From Tubiluchus corallicola (lineage: Eukaryota; Animalia; Priapulida), in the NCBI GenBank assembly GCA_030141605.1, contig JAQGDQ010000640.1:1-64000 (forward strand): a stretch of DNA of 64,000 nucleotides, read 5' to 3'. Both the position numbers and the translations under genes were made by a program. The notes beneath the pieces are model-generated. The model was not told where the DNA came from and searched no databases. It saw only the letters and a list, made by a program, of their open reading frames with translations. Positions 11,700 through 24,805 of this stretch are shown in pieces; the stretch's first letter is position 1; each line of letters starts with the position of its first letter.

Positions 11700-12270
11700 G
11701 TATAAAAAAATCAACCGTAAGGGCTATTATTAAGGGAGCACTGGAGGGTTGGCTTGTCAAACCGCGTGGCGGTTTCACAAGAAAGCTTGTCGATGAAGAA
11801 ATTGGAGACTATGCCGTTAATCTTATAGAGACTCATCAAGAATTTACGATAGAGCAAATCATTGCGTCTATGCGCCGAGACATGCCTGAGAAACCACGCA
11901 CAACCCGTTCAACGTTAACCAATGTTTTAAAAGGTCGCCTGATTGTAATGAAGAATTTTGAAGACGCTGTAGAGGATAGAAGTAGTGAGAGAGTGAAGAA
12001 CGAACGCTTTATTTATGCACACTGGTTGATGGACAGAGGTTTGCAATGTGAAATTATATTCATTGACGAAGCGGGGATAAACCTGTGGATGAAGAGGACG
12101 AGAGGAAGGGCAATACAGGGTCAAAGAGCCGTGCGAGTTGTGGCTAGTCATCGCTGAGGCAATCTTACCATGACTTTGCAGTAAGCAATACAAATGGCCT
12201 GATATATCATTCCTTAACCTAGAAGGTGGAATGAATAGAGAACGTTTTATGCATAGCACCATGACCATAA
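11700..12270 (+). mobile_element. Decayed Tc1/IS630-like DDE transposase fragment
   Basis: HTH-like region followed by IIFIDEAGINLWMKRTRGRAIQGQRA (first catalytic Asp motif of DDE_3 transposases), then a stop and frameshifts. Confidence 0.8.
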
Positions 12271-13899
12271 AATACAATTTTAATTTGTAACTTGCACTTA
12301 ATTGAGTTAATTACCGATCTATTCAAAGTACCGTATCTACATTTGACTTACCTAAGTCACATTTATGTTACCAAAACACATTCGAAATTCCTATGTCTAC
12401 ATTTGAGTTGTAAAACCTTTAAACTGTTGTGCACTATTAATGGCGAAAGGTTTTGTACAAGCCTTTTTGCTAGCCGAGTGGTAATGATAATAGTTTTTTA
12501 CTGAAATTAAGCAGCACTAAAGTTGGTCAATGAATGGTTGGTTCATCACAATCTAGGTTTAATATTATAATCGCTCTTTGCTGTTCCAGTTACGAAACAT
12601 TGTTTACTTCGTTGAAGGAGGAACAACTACAGCTTCTTGTGTCCTCATGAAAATTCTACTGCGTCTTTCTCTGTCCGGTCGTCATGGTTACTGAATTTCA
12701 ATGCCAGGGTACAAATTTCTCCCTTTATCAAAAATAATTATTAATAATGTCGTTGTTTCAGAGTTCCTCAATAAAAATATCATTTAGAAGTACAACGTAA
12801 CGGCTGATTTACAATTGTCAAAATTCTCGGACTGCTTTCACACGTAATTTTAATGTAATTACGCTTATTAGCATTACGATGAAAGACCATGAAACTAAAT
12901 TACAACAACACTCTACTGTAATTATAATATAATTAACAGTCCATGTTTCAACAATTATCTTTTTCTGATGGGGCGGATCGTCATTCTTGTTAATTCCGTA
13001 CTTGTCTTGTGATAAAAGTTAACACTAGGTGGGAAAGCGAGCGGATTAGTCGGTTTTGGCATAGACCTGCGATTTGGGGGGGGGGGGCAATATCACAGTA
13101 TCTTGTAAAGTGAGTCAAGAGGGATCTTTTAGTACAACGTATTAATTTAAAGAAGATTCATGCAGATTAAAAATAGTATGGTTTAGGACTTCCATACCCA
13201 GTATAGAAAATCCAAATTACGTAGCCCTTCTTTTAATAATTGCATGTTCTGAAAATTAATATTACTGGTTTTCATAATGCTTCTGGTTGATGGAAATAAA
13301 TTAATTTGTGACTTATTTTTGTTATTGAAAATTTCTAAAATTCTTATCAATTTTTGGTCGAAGGAATTGAACCGAATCCGCACTCTTCCTGAATTTTTTG
13401 CTGTCATTGTCGTTGTCGTTGTCGTTGTCGCTCTCGTTGTTATGTTATTGTGAGTTGACCTTTTAGGGTAAAACTCGTAACCCTTTAGGGTTTTTAGGTG
13501 ACCATGTACCCGTAATGCGTAGCGCGTATGCAGCAGTTTGTATTTAAGTATATGGAATCTTTCTTTGCGGATGTAATGCGCAATCTGTAGTGTATGATGC
13601 GTGATCCGTATTCACTCAAACATGATCGCTATTGTCCGAATACGCATTACGCACAACACGCAAACGGGAAACCGCCGTTGCCTAGGTGATATAGCGAGTT
13701 TCCAAGTTTCCCATCATTTTCGCTGATTCCTGGTCAGTGGTTAGGTGAGTCCAAAACTTATGAACAGCAACACTAATTTTTCTTTCATTTGAGATGGAAA
13801 ATGGGTAAAATTCTGTTGTTCTGCATGTGCTTTCTAGTTGCAGTACTTTCGCTAAGTGGTGATGCGCACCCTAATGTTTTCTCGTATGCAAAATGTTAT

Positions 13900-14917
13900 G
13901 CACTCAAAACCTGTACTTCCTCTTCCGTCTAATTGTTGTTGGTTGTTGTTGGCATCCTTCTGTCTGGGAAGACAATGGAGTGTGTGCTAAGAGAGTCAGT
14001 TATTGATGGAGCTGCAGCGTCGACTGAGGCTGAGCCTTCTGATTCTTGAACCACTGGAGTGGCCTCTCCAGGTCGCACACGTGGGCAAGGTGTATGGAGA
14101 TCCTGAGTTGCCCAGACAACAGGAACCCCCTCTCTTCCTCTCTGGTGTAGTCCAAAGGAAAGCGGAGCGATACGTTTGGCACCAGGTTGGCTGCAGGAGC
14201 TGCCGGAGTCAGTGGGCATGCTGCACTGGTCCGCCTTCGGGGCTCCACTCCTGATTTGGAAGGTTTACTCCTCTACATATGGCCGTTGGGTCACTTGACC
14301 TCCTCCGCCCTCTAGCCGTTGGCTGCTTGTGCAGCTCCTCCGCCTAGTGTCGAGATACAGTGTGGGCTTCCGTCTAATAGTACTGTAATAAGCTAGTGCC
14401 AGCGCTGTAATTATCGTGCTGAAATTTCGACAGAGACATTGCTTCCAAAAATTGTTGTTTCCAAGTATTGCGACCAAGAAAGAGCAGCGTGAGTAATATA
14501 CGCATAGGGCTCGCGGACATGTAGTTTATATAGCGTATTTATTCCAAAGCCAATAATACAGAAATGACAAACTCTTACACAAAAATGTACAATATAGAGA
14601 TATCAGAAATAATCTTAAATAAGATATAGGAAAATAAATTAGAATGGGCGGCACAAATTATTGTCTGCTCATTTCAGAAGGTAAACTTGAAAGACATGAG
14701 CCGAACAGGGAATACAGAATAACGGAAGTGCAGGAAGTGCAAGACAAAAACAAATAAAGCCTGCTAGGTAACGAGTATGAAGATGTAGTGAGAACGGTGA
14801 TGAACGGTAGTGAGAACGAAAAAATGTAATGATTAGATTTAGTGTAGAATTTTAATCTTAATTAATGTGCCATAGCAGCCAACATGGCAATGTGCAAAAG
14901 GGGTAGAAAGCGGCTAC
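13900..14917 (-). mobile_element. Possible decayed 5' end of an LTR retrotransposon (LTR-like ~14520-14917 plus gag-like remnant)
   Basis: TGTAG...CTACA termini, a possible TGG primer-binding start near 14476 on the minus strand, and a GC-richer remnant with ERPLQWFKNQKAQ resembling the Gypsy gag P-x-x-W-F-x3-E-A-Q-F motif. No target-site duplication found. Confidence 0.3.
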
Positions 14918-15749
14918 ACTTATCAGGTGACAAGCAAATCTACTTCTGCAACTTCTTCATCTTCTCCTTATTCTCTTTCTTTATTTTACTGCTTCTCTTT
15001 CTTCTTTACTTACTTGCACTAATTAGGTTGAATGATAAATTTCAAAATAATTACAAATTTTTGTAATTTAGAGTTATGTTCTAATGCTAAATAGTTTAAC
15101 CTTTTTTTAAACTTGCGAACAGTAGTATTTTCATTTATAATGTTGTTAGGTAGGTAGTTCAAATTAGAGGCCCGTAAAATCTAACAAAATGCTTAACAAC
15201 ATTAGCACAATTAGCACAACATTAACCTAAATAATGATGATTGTGACGATGAATTTAAAGTCACATACAACAAAAATGTATAAGGAAATTGTTTTCTCTG
15301 TCTTATCGTGGCAGTGCAAAGGAAATGACCCGTAAATTTTGCTATCCCTTATTTTGATTTGTTGCTAAGCAAATGTTCGTTTTCCTTAAAATCGCGCCTT
15401 GAAATTTGCGATCATGGTCATCTGAGATGCTTCAGATTATCTAATGTGTATCGTACTTCGAAAATTTTACAGCAGATGGAAGGACATATTATATGTATAA
15501 TTTTTGTATATCAGAACTCTCTCAGATGTACTTAAATGTGCAGGCCTATTGTTATGCTTCATCTACGAATAAATTTATTAATTTATTAATTAGTTTTATC
15601 TACTAGCTCTCATTTATCTTTTATCAGTTACTGTGTGCAACTAATTTTGAAATTGAAATTGACATTAAAAAATTTAGATATTTCTTTAAATTCAGTTTAG
15701 CGGAATATTAAAAAATGTGGAAACGCATGGAAACATCCATACACATCAC

Positions 15750-16340
15750 GAATTCGTCATCGTGAATTCACAATGGATTGTCATAAACTTCATACGAATA
15801 TACTATAATATATAATATACCATACTATAACTGAGTCGGATTTTCGGTCCGCCACTTTGAATTCAAGATGACAAAAACATTATTTAAGAAAAACAGCGTA
15901 AGACTTCGTCGGTTCGCAACCAAGCCTCGTGAAACTTTATTAGATTATACTTGAACGAATTCCTCATCGACTGATTGTGTCGAATTTCAATCCGCCATTT
16001 TAAATTCAAGATGGCGGTGATAACATTATGTTAAAAAAAAACGAAGGCTCCGCCGATTCGCAATATATCGTCGTGAAACTTCATGCAAACGCATTAGAAA
16101 AAATTCCGTATCCACTGACGAAGTCGGATTTCCAATCCACCACTTTGAGTTCAAGATGGCCGCCATAACATCACCAAACGCCTAACGCTTTGCCAGTTCG
16201 CAATGGATCGTCATGAAGCTTTACAGACATGTACTAGAACGATCTTCACATTCATTGACAAAGCAAGTTTTTCAGCCACCATATCAAATTCAAGATGGAG
16301 GCATTGACATCAATTCTAACCCATGATCTTGAATTCAGCG
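15750..16340. mobile_element. Non-autonomous repeat with ~4 internal tandem units of ~143 bp
   Basis: (A/G)TTCAAGATG recurs at ~15861, 16004, 16149 and 16288, each preceded by a GTCGGATTT...CC(G/A)CCA-like block. Confidence 0.65.
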
Positions 16341-18434
16341 AGTCCTTCAGTTCGAGTCGAATTTGTTAAAATAAGTCCAACTTTTTTTTTTGCATTTCCT
16401 TAATTTTAATTAATTTTAGTAAATTTACAAACGTTTGCACGTGTAATAAAATCTTGCGGCTGTAGTTTAGCCGCGAATTTTCGTACAGCAGTAAATACTG
16501 CTCGTAATAGCCTTATCATTATTGAGAGTTGTCAAATAAAATTATTAAAGGCGAGCACACTTTTTATTTTGTCAAGTTCCGCTGCATTAAGCTGATAGAA
16601 AAATTGACAATTTATGAAGTGGCAATAAAAACTGTTTAGCCGTGCTGCGAATTCAGCAGAGTGAGGTTGGTTGCATGATCAAGTTGAAAGCAAATTCTTA
16701 ATAAATTAAAAATTTCTAAACGAACCTTACCGCAAAACTTCTTGAAGGCATCTTTTTGTAAGAACGGCTTGCAGCACGGAATTATTTACTTCTGCAAAGA
16801 AACGTTCATTCGTTTCACAACTATCAGTACAGATTGTCAATCTGATTTGACGATACTTTTTGCACCAGGTGACACAAATGATAATTTATCTAAACGCGAT
16901 ATTATTTTATAAATATTTTTTGCGCACAGTCGACCTGGTCTTGAATCAGACACTCAGTGAACGATTCAGTAACTCACAATGGCTGTAGCGTTATAGAAAC
17001 TAATTATTTTGCTAATTATGTGGAAGGAGTGGTGATTGTTTAATTGAGACCGTTACGTTCAGTGAACTACTAAATTTATGATTTTTGACACTAGATCACA
17101 ATCATTGCTGAAGTGTCTTAGAATCGCAAAAGCTTTCTAACACGGCAGGCAACGGCAGGCGAAAAATCATTTTTTGTGCAAAAAAGTTCAAATTACTTCA
17201 CGAAAACAGGTTATTCAAGATCATATCTTCTTTATTGTTAATGTTACGTAAAGACACTATAATAAGAGAATTTATTTTTAGAATGGAAGTGAAACCAACA
17301 AGCTTAATTGACTGATGGCAGCAAAAAAATTTACACGTATACTTGACATAATTTTAAAGGTATTCTGAATCAAATAGCAGAGAGTACTTGGAAATGTGCT
17401 CAGAACACTAATAACTGATCTAAATTTCAGGATTAAATTTCGCATCGTTGTCACACGCGAAAGAAAATAATCTACATTAATTTTGAATAGCATATAAGTT
17501 ATATTAAAGCACAGCAGGTGGTGCAATTGTGTAACACGCACCACAACTTATCAGGCTTATTAGCACTTCACATGTAACAAGCTTGTTCACAACATAACAG
17601 GCATAAGCATATGTGATAGATCGTATAGATCCTTACAGATCTTACTAGCACGAAACTGAGTTACTGACCTCATACCCTGAGCAATAAATCATCGATTGGG
17701 GATCGTGAGTAGATGTTTTATCCTTTTTCACTCTTTACTCAGTATTACCTCTTCTGAGGACCAGTTTGGTACACATATAAAGCGGAGCTTCCTTTAGCAA
17801 AAGCGATAAGATGTTGATGGCTTGATGCTGATTTCAAACCGATTAGTGGTCGTGTTTTTAGTAGTTAATAATATATGTAGTGAATACTTATTGTATAATA
17901 ATTTTATTAGTTAAAAAATTTTGAAATTGGAAGAGAGGTATGATGGAAGCGGTTCATAGCAAACTGCAGAGGGAAAAATTGAAATTTGAAAATCCGATAT
18001 ATGCCATCCATTTCTACTACATAACTTTATTTGCTCCCTGCACTGCACTGTAAAGATATTACGGAGAGAGGGGGGGGGGGGAGAAATTATATGTGCAAAG
18101 GTTTACGAAAATCAGTGTTTGAAAAACCGGTATTATAATTTGCGTTACATTGCGCACTAGAATAGCTGCTCTGTTAACCTTCAAATTATAAAAAACCATA
18201 TTTAATATTTAATAGCACTTTATCTAACTTAACGGCTACAATTGCTTGAAGAGAGACGACGATACGAATTTTCCCCCTTTTCTTAAACACATTCATCCGG
18301 TAAAATGTTGTCTATCTGGCTGATTGTCTGTGTGACCTTTTTCCTTATGGCTATCAGTCAGCTAGGTGTAAAATCCAATAGAAAATAGGAGAGAGCTGGG
18401 GAGAGAGAGCGAGAGATGGAAAGGAGGGAGGAAG

Positions 18435-18479
<45 letters not shown>

Positions 18480-19649
18480 GAAAGAAAAAGAGAGAGGGGG
18501 TGGCAAAGAGAAATTGAAGTATAGTTTCATTGTAACACATTGTCTGTAGTTTTACACTTAACTTATGGTCACCAATGTTTTTGAAGAATTTCACCATTAC
18601 TGCTATTACTAATTACAATATTTGCCACCAGGTAATAAAGTTGCTGCCAATGCCAAAATTCTTTGCAGCGAGGGCAGTGCTGAAAATACGACGTCTCGTG
18701 ACGTCGAGAACAATGCAGCAAAATGCAGTTTTGCTGCAAATAAAAACAAAGCATCTGGTTGTTATTCATTAATGTATTTGATTATTGCATGTGCATTATT
18801 GCAAAATGCGTATATGGTTTAATGACATCCTACACAAGCTGAAAGTAGCCGATTCTTTGTAACGTTACCAGGAAAGCGAATAGCCCTTGAATACTTTTTT
18901 TCAGAGAAATTAATAAGGATATTCGAATCCTACTCTTACAAGTAACACTTGTTTGTTAAAAAACTGTACGTACTGATTCACAGTCACACAGTTTCATAAC
19001 AAAACAAAGAATAATCTCTTGCAATGGCATGTGAATGTAAAAAGATTCGAAATCACGGGCATACCTCTTCTACCCTCGTTACAGTGAACCAGTTACACAG
19101 TGAGAAATAATGCATTGTATCAAGAGCAACACGAAGTTGAAAGGTTCATAATTTTGTTACAAATTTTGTAAAATAACATTAAAAATGGACAGCCACATTA
19201 GTGTACATTAATTGGCCTGTCACGTAATTATCTTAATTAAGACGTATTCAATATTATGGTAATTAAACAGGAAGAACTACTAATTATTTTACCGAGTACA
19301 TTAAATGGGCGACTAAAACTACGCTGTTCGACGATAGATGGCGGCCACTCTGTGTACTTTTAGATTCTTTCGGTCTTCTTTAGTTCTTCATGTCAGCGAA
19401 AAATGTCGCGCTTTTTGTAAAATATAGAGGTTTCTTGCGAAAACAAATTTTTGAGCGTTTTCTACTTAATACATTCAATGGCGTTAAATATTTACGATGC
19501 TTAATAAGGGGAAGGTGTTCGTATAAAGGTGAGATAAATTCAGTTATTGATTTTTTCCTATGTGATGATTGACTATACACGCCCCACCTATTGTTGCCAC
19601 GCATTCCTTTCCACCACCACCGCCCATGATGCATCATTCCTCAAATCTA

Positions 19650-20750
19650 GAGTTGTGTTTGCTAAATCTTTTTGCAGTATATCTATATATGTCGGTAGCT
19701 TCTCGTCGGCTTCTTTTTCGTTTCAAGAGTTTTGCGTAATGCGGAGACTCTTGAGATAGGCCTAGTCTTAGTGCATGCACAATCTAATGTAATGTTCATA
19801 CTTGCATTTGATTACACGATGGATTCTTCTTCACCATACCATATAGATAACCATTGGATATTCTGTCAGGCCATTTAATTCCTACTTATTTTCTGTGGAA
19901 ACATCTTTGAAAGCATAAATTTCTTTTTGTTTCTTAAGTAAAATTGTCCATAGCTCAGCATTGTACAAAACACGCTTTCAACTGAAGTTGAATGGACCCG
20001 GACTTTAGTTTCAACTGGAAGTCTATTGTTTTCAAAAAGCTGAATAAGCAGACAACGCAAGAATTTTCCTTCTTTGTATGTCGGCTTCGGTGTCTAACGA
20101 GCTTCCAAAGTATTAACATCTTTTCCGCGAATCATTACCTCTTCTCTGAATATAGCCGTCTTCAGTCTTTGCATTGCTGACTTTAAGATTATATTTTTCG
20201 AAACGGGGGCTGATCGTGCACTTTGCGTCTTGCGGTACATTCTGGAGACTACGATCAAGTTTATGCTGCCTTAATGATTTGCATGCCAAACTTTTTACTT
20301 AGACTGATATAGTAGAGTTCGATAACAAAGGCTTTAATAAGTTTGATTATCAGAGCGCTGAGCGCTGAAACTCTGCTTGGCTTCCGATGAGAGACGTTCT
20401 TTTGTCTTGGAAGATTACTTCTGACATGCCGAGTAGGTATAATAGCGAATGGTTAACACCAAGCGTGTAGTTCGTCAATGGATTACATCTGGATTGACAT
20501 GTTAAATTTGTATTATTCTTGTATTGCAGCTCGTTATCATCAAGTGAAAGACTGTTGTTAAAATAAAGTTTTATCACCAAGCAACTTTGGACATACACTA
20601 TCTTTGGGTGAATCTGAGTTTAGTTTTGGAACAACCTTATATATCGTGTTACCTTGATGATAATGTACAAAGTATGATAACCCGACTATGGAAGTCATAT
20701 AGGTTTCACTACGGCTATATTAGACAACAAATAGGCTTGTATATATTACT
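19650..20750 (-). mobile_element. Decayed non-LTR retrotransposon (RTE-like) RT C-terminal fragment
   Basis: Frame-broken translation LPVETKVRVHSTSVESVF...AFQRCFHRK-VGIKWPDRISNGYLY matches the RTE-type K-x-R-x-Y...V-x-S-V-L / I-x-W-x-D-x-I-S-N pattern. Confidence 0.6.
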
Positions 20751-21554
20751 TCGAGCATTATAGAGTAACGGTTCGTCGCTACTTCACTTAAGAATAGTTC
20801 TTATCTTCGTGTCCAAAGCACCAGGAAAGTGAATTCGTACATAAAGCTAAAAAAATCGCCTTAAAATTTTGTGTCACATGTAACTCCAAATAGTGCAAAC
20901 TTCTACAAGTTCATTGTTGCGCCTGATTAACTTGAAGATCATTGAGAAATATTTAGCTTTTACGTGATCGTTAATTTTCTTACAATGAGTATTTCTAGAC
21001 AAGAACAACCGGCAACGGATTTGTCAAGACAGATAAACTTTGTAATGGTCACATTTTTATGTCAAGATCTTTTTGGGCTTTGTGTGTTTTGAGTAAACAT
21101 ATCAAATATTTTATGTTGCTTTGTACAATAAATGAAGCATTTCTCATGGGGTACAGGCGTACAGGCGTATTTTTCTCAAATAGCTAAGTTTCCAGAATGC
21201 TTGAACAAAAACACGATAGGCCACAGCTTAGCTGGAACAATTATTTATATATATATATATATCACGTATACAAGCATTTTCTGCCACACCTTACGAATTA
21301 CTACTCTGTCCTGCTGTAGCATCTGACAACACAGTGTAGTTCGGGCATTGGTAAATTTGACGTTGCTATGGTGACCAAGTCAATTTTTGTCTGCCATCTA
21401 GGGGCGAGTTTAAAAAGACTTGCAAGTGTGTAATTGCACAATTTGCTTCTACACAAACTTAACCTACATGCCGTCTTATAGCGCACAGAGGTTTTATTAG
21501 CAATAACGCTGTGCGGTAAATTTAAACCACCGCGTTGACACTTATGCGCAGCCA

Positions 21555-21870
21555 TTTTAATGGCCAGTCGTTGTATAAGAAATTTAAGCAAGTTTAAGTA
21601 ACAATGCACAAAGTTCGAAAAAATAATCAGATCATTAGTAGTGCACGCTTTACTAATTACTGCACAAAAGTACAAATTACTTTATCTTGCCAATAATATC
21701 ATTAATAATAGGCCTACATTTTTGGTGAGTCACTGGGATAGTGAGTAAAAGCGTTTTATCAGTTGGCATAAACATAATAAATTACTAAATTTTCTTTTCC
21801 ATCAAACAGGAAAGTATAATGCTAAGTAATGTAATTTTTATATAGAAAGTTTTTAGGGCACATTCAAAAA
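21555..21870. mobile_element. Dispersed non-autonomous repeat family (other copies ~36870-37180, ~50270-50610, and inverted at 24604-24763)
   Basis: Shared blocks GCAGCCA(T/A)TT...GAAAAAATAATCA...GCACG...AATTACT(T/A)TATCTTG(T/C)CAATAA in all copies. Confidence 0.75.
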
Positions 21871-22128
21871 TGACCCTGTCTCTGCCTTTAAGCCTACGCA
21901 CTATTATAGTGCAAAAGAATGTCGCTTGTATTAGCAATAATAACTGTTGTACAATGCACACACTTTGGGCTAAATAAAGAACATTCGTGGTGTAGCACAT
22001 TTAAAGCAATAACCTCAAAATTTATAATTATAACAAAAATATCAACCATTATTAAAACATCTATACACGCGGGCAAGGGCTACCTTCCCATTACTGTTGC
22101 TGCGACCTTTAATCCGAGTGTGATTCTT

Positions 22129-24805
22129 TTATTGTATAATTGTTATTTGATTCGGTGTGGGTGGAGCTAAGCACATTTCCGGATCAGTTCCAAAGTCAGG
22201 GGAGGTGCTTGGACTGACGATATTCACCGAATCAATTACAGTAAATTGTTCTCTTCTCCAACTTAATAAGTTACCTTCAGTGTTGTAACAAGACTTTGAC
22301 ATCGACACTGAAAAACCAATTAACAGCTTTCTAAATATCCTCCTAATAGTTGAACCATCAGTGTGTTAGAGCCGTTGACGAAAGTAAATATATGTGATTA
22401 CAGATTATATTCATGTTAATACGTTTGAATGGCATGCTTAAAATCTTTACAAAATAATAGAACTTCTCGAAACTTATCGAAAAATCAGGACGCTGTTAGT
22501 CTAATATTAGCTACCTGGGATGCTGCATGAATGCAAAAAAATCAGTTCTTGATGTAACAGGTAGGCCGAGAAAAACTGAAATTGGCCAATATTTTTTACA
22601 AGTTGACGGCACATTAATGTTCAGACAAAGACGGTTGGTTGAGATTACGAAAGTCAGTTGCACTTAGCACTTCCTGCACTGAGAATGTCACATCTGTCAG
22701 CATTTGAAATAGTTTTTTGGATTAATCGGCCTACGAGGTGTTTGCTTTTGTCCAGAAATGAGGACCAAACCAGACTCAATTGCTGTTACATCACTCAAAC
22801 CACTTCCTAAACCTGAAATGCATTATGTTACAGTACAACAATTACAGTGTCTTTTTAGAAATGACGAACGCCGATAATAATTTTTATTCAGGTAGATTTA
22901 ATCAGAACGTTTTGTTAACACCGGCTAACACCTTTATAGCTGCTTTTGTAATAGAATGATCGTGAACGTGGATAATAAATGGATAATTATAAACTATTAG
23001 TAATTTCCGATGTGGCCCACAAAATAAAATACAAGCAAATGGTATTGCAGAAAATCATTAGACTGCAAGCATTAAAAATACATCGAAAAGTGAAAACTGT
23101 GTTTTACTTTCTGTTTTACAGCGCCAGGCTGTTAATTATGTTGACTTGTCGTGACAATAATAATAGTTTGTTGGCACCCATTTTTCTTTTTAGAATCACA
23201 CTCACATTTTACGTCTACTATCGTATATCCTGTTGTATCTAGTGTTGTTTTCATCCTCGTCGTTGGTTTAAGTATCAAAAGTTCAAGGATTACAATTTGA
23301 AATTGCATTAGAGAATATTTCTTGAGTTTACTTACCTGCTACTAACCCATCAACGTAAACAACCCATTTTCCTCCTTTGACTTCCCAAGTAGCGCAAACA
23401 AAGCGCCAGTCTGAATCTCTAATTGATCGAGTTCTGTGGCTTAAATTTATTGCGAGATAAATAAAATGCAATAATTTTAATATATCTGTACATCCAAGTG
23501 CTTATTTTTATTTGACAGTAAATTATGAGGAAATTGTCTATTATAGCACAACTTTCTCTCTATTATTATTGTTTATGTTTGAGAAAACGAATGCTAAGAA
23601 ATTGATTTTGTACATGTCTCTTTTCCTTAGCTCTCATTCTAAGCTACTCCAACTTTACTACAAAAAAATCATTCAAAATGTCAAAGAATCAGTAAGCTAT
23701 TTGTTAATAGTGTAAGAAAATACCATCCAAAAAATAGAAATTTAAATCGGGACTTTAAAAATGGTCACAGAATAGTTTGCTCCAGTTCGCCACTAACGTG
23801 TAAGGCAGGACTGTCTCCAATAAAAAAGAAGCAAATTCTTTTTGCAAACGCGGGGCCTGAGGGAACCTCGTAGGAAAAGAAAAACATTAAATCGGGCACT
23901 GCAGGACTATTCCCTGGCTCTGCTTTCATTCACTGAAATGAAAATGTCTGTTTATCTGTTGTGCCTTGAAGACTTGGAGCGAGCTGTGCTACTGAGAACT
24001 TGACAACGCCCATTCATAATGATACTATGATACAAGCTAGAACAACATTATTTTAAAACATTTAATGGCGTCACTGTTCATTAGCAGCAGTAGACTAATA
24101 CTAATGATAGTACTAGTAGTAGTGGCAGCAGCAGCAATAATGGTAATGGTGGTAGTAGTGATAGCGGCAGTTGGAGCGGTGGTGGTAGTTATGGTGATGG
24201 TGGCAGCACCGGTAACTATTGCGATTATAGTGCGTGTGTGATGCGATGATGGCAGGGGTGGCGATGGGATTCTGAAGATATATCGGTGTTAGTTGTCGGG
24301 AGTGGGGTGTTGTTGTTGTTGTATTTGATTTTGCTGCTGCTGCCGTTGGTGCTGCTGTTGTTGTTGCTGTTGGTGCTATTATAGTTGTTGTTTTTGTTAC
24401 CACATTCTCTGCCGTCGGCTTGCAGCGTGCCAAAGTGAATTAACAACAGTTATGATTAATTAATATTTCACTGTATAGTGGTCCAGTTCACTATATTCCT
24501 GTATTAAAAAGCAAAAACGAAATACCTGTTTTATACCTGGCAGTTAATAAATTGTTGAATATAACTAACTAGGTGCAGCGTTCCATTTCAGATGACCCAT
24601 GTGACTCACCCTCCAGGGTGCACCACTCACTAAAAAAACGTATTTTCAATCTTATATGGTAATTTAAAATTTTACTTAGTTAGTGACGTGTGTGCTACGA
24701 ATGCTCTGATTATTTTTTCAAACTTTACACAATGTTATCTAAACTTCTTTCGAATGACTTCTCAGCCATGAATCCATTAAGTATGTTGCATTCAACTAAC
24801 TCAAC
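22129..24805 (-). pseudogene. Pentraxin pseudogene C, close paralog of A/A'. Exons ~24537-24805 (interrupted), 23769-23932, 23336-23433, 22649-22812, 22129-22307
   Basis: Same exon boundaries as A. Lesions: conserved Trp changed to TGA at 23930-23932, a ~4-nt deletion frameshift at YF/MLTDV (~22705), WH changed to WR in the pentraxin signature (DSDWRFVCATWE), and a repeat insertion in the first visible exon. Last exon SCYNTEGNLLSWRREQF...FGTDPEMCL. Confidence 0.88.

Noticed and set aside
18540-18740. KNFGIGSNFITWWQIL resembling an L1/Tx1 reverse transcriptase segment
   Set aside because: Too short and interrupted to call without a profile search.
23930-23932. TGA in place of a conserved Trp as an alternative genetic code or selenocysteine
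   Set aside because: The same copy has a frameshift and a repeat insertion, and laminin uses TGG for Trp and TGA as stop; this is ordinary pseudogene decay.
24113-24446. Thr/Ala- or His-rich mucin-like ORFs
   Set aside because: Degenerate trinucleotide repeats in the intron of C that corresponds to the microsatellite-bearing intron of A (3521-3754).
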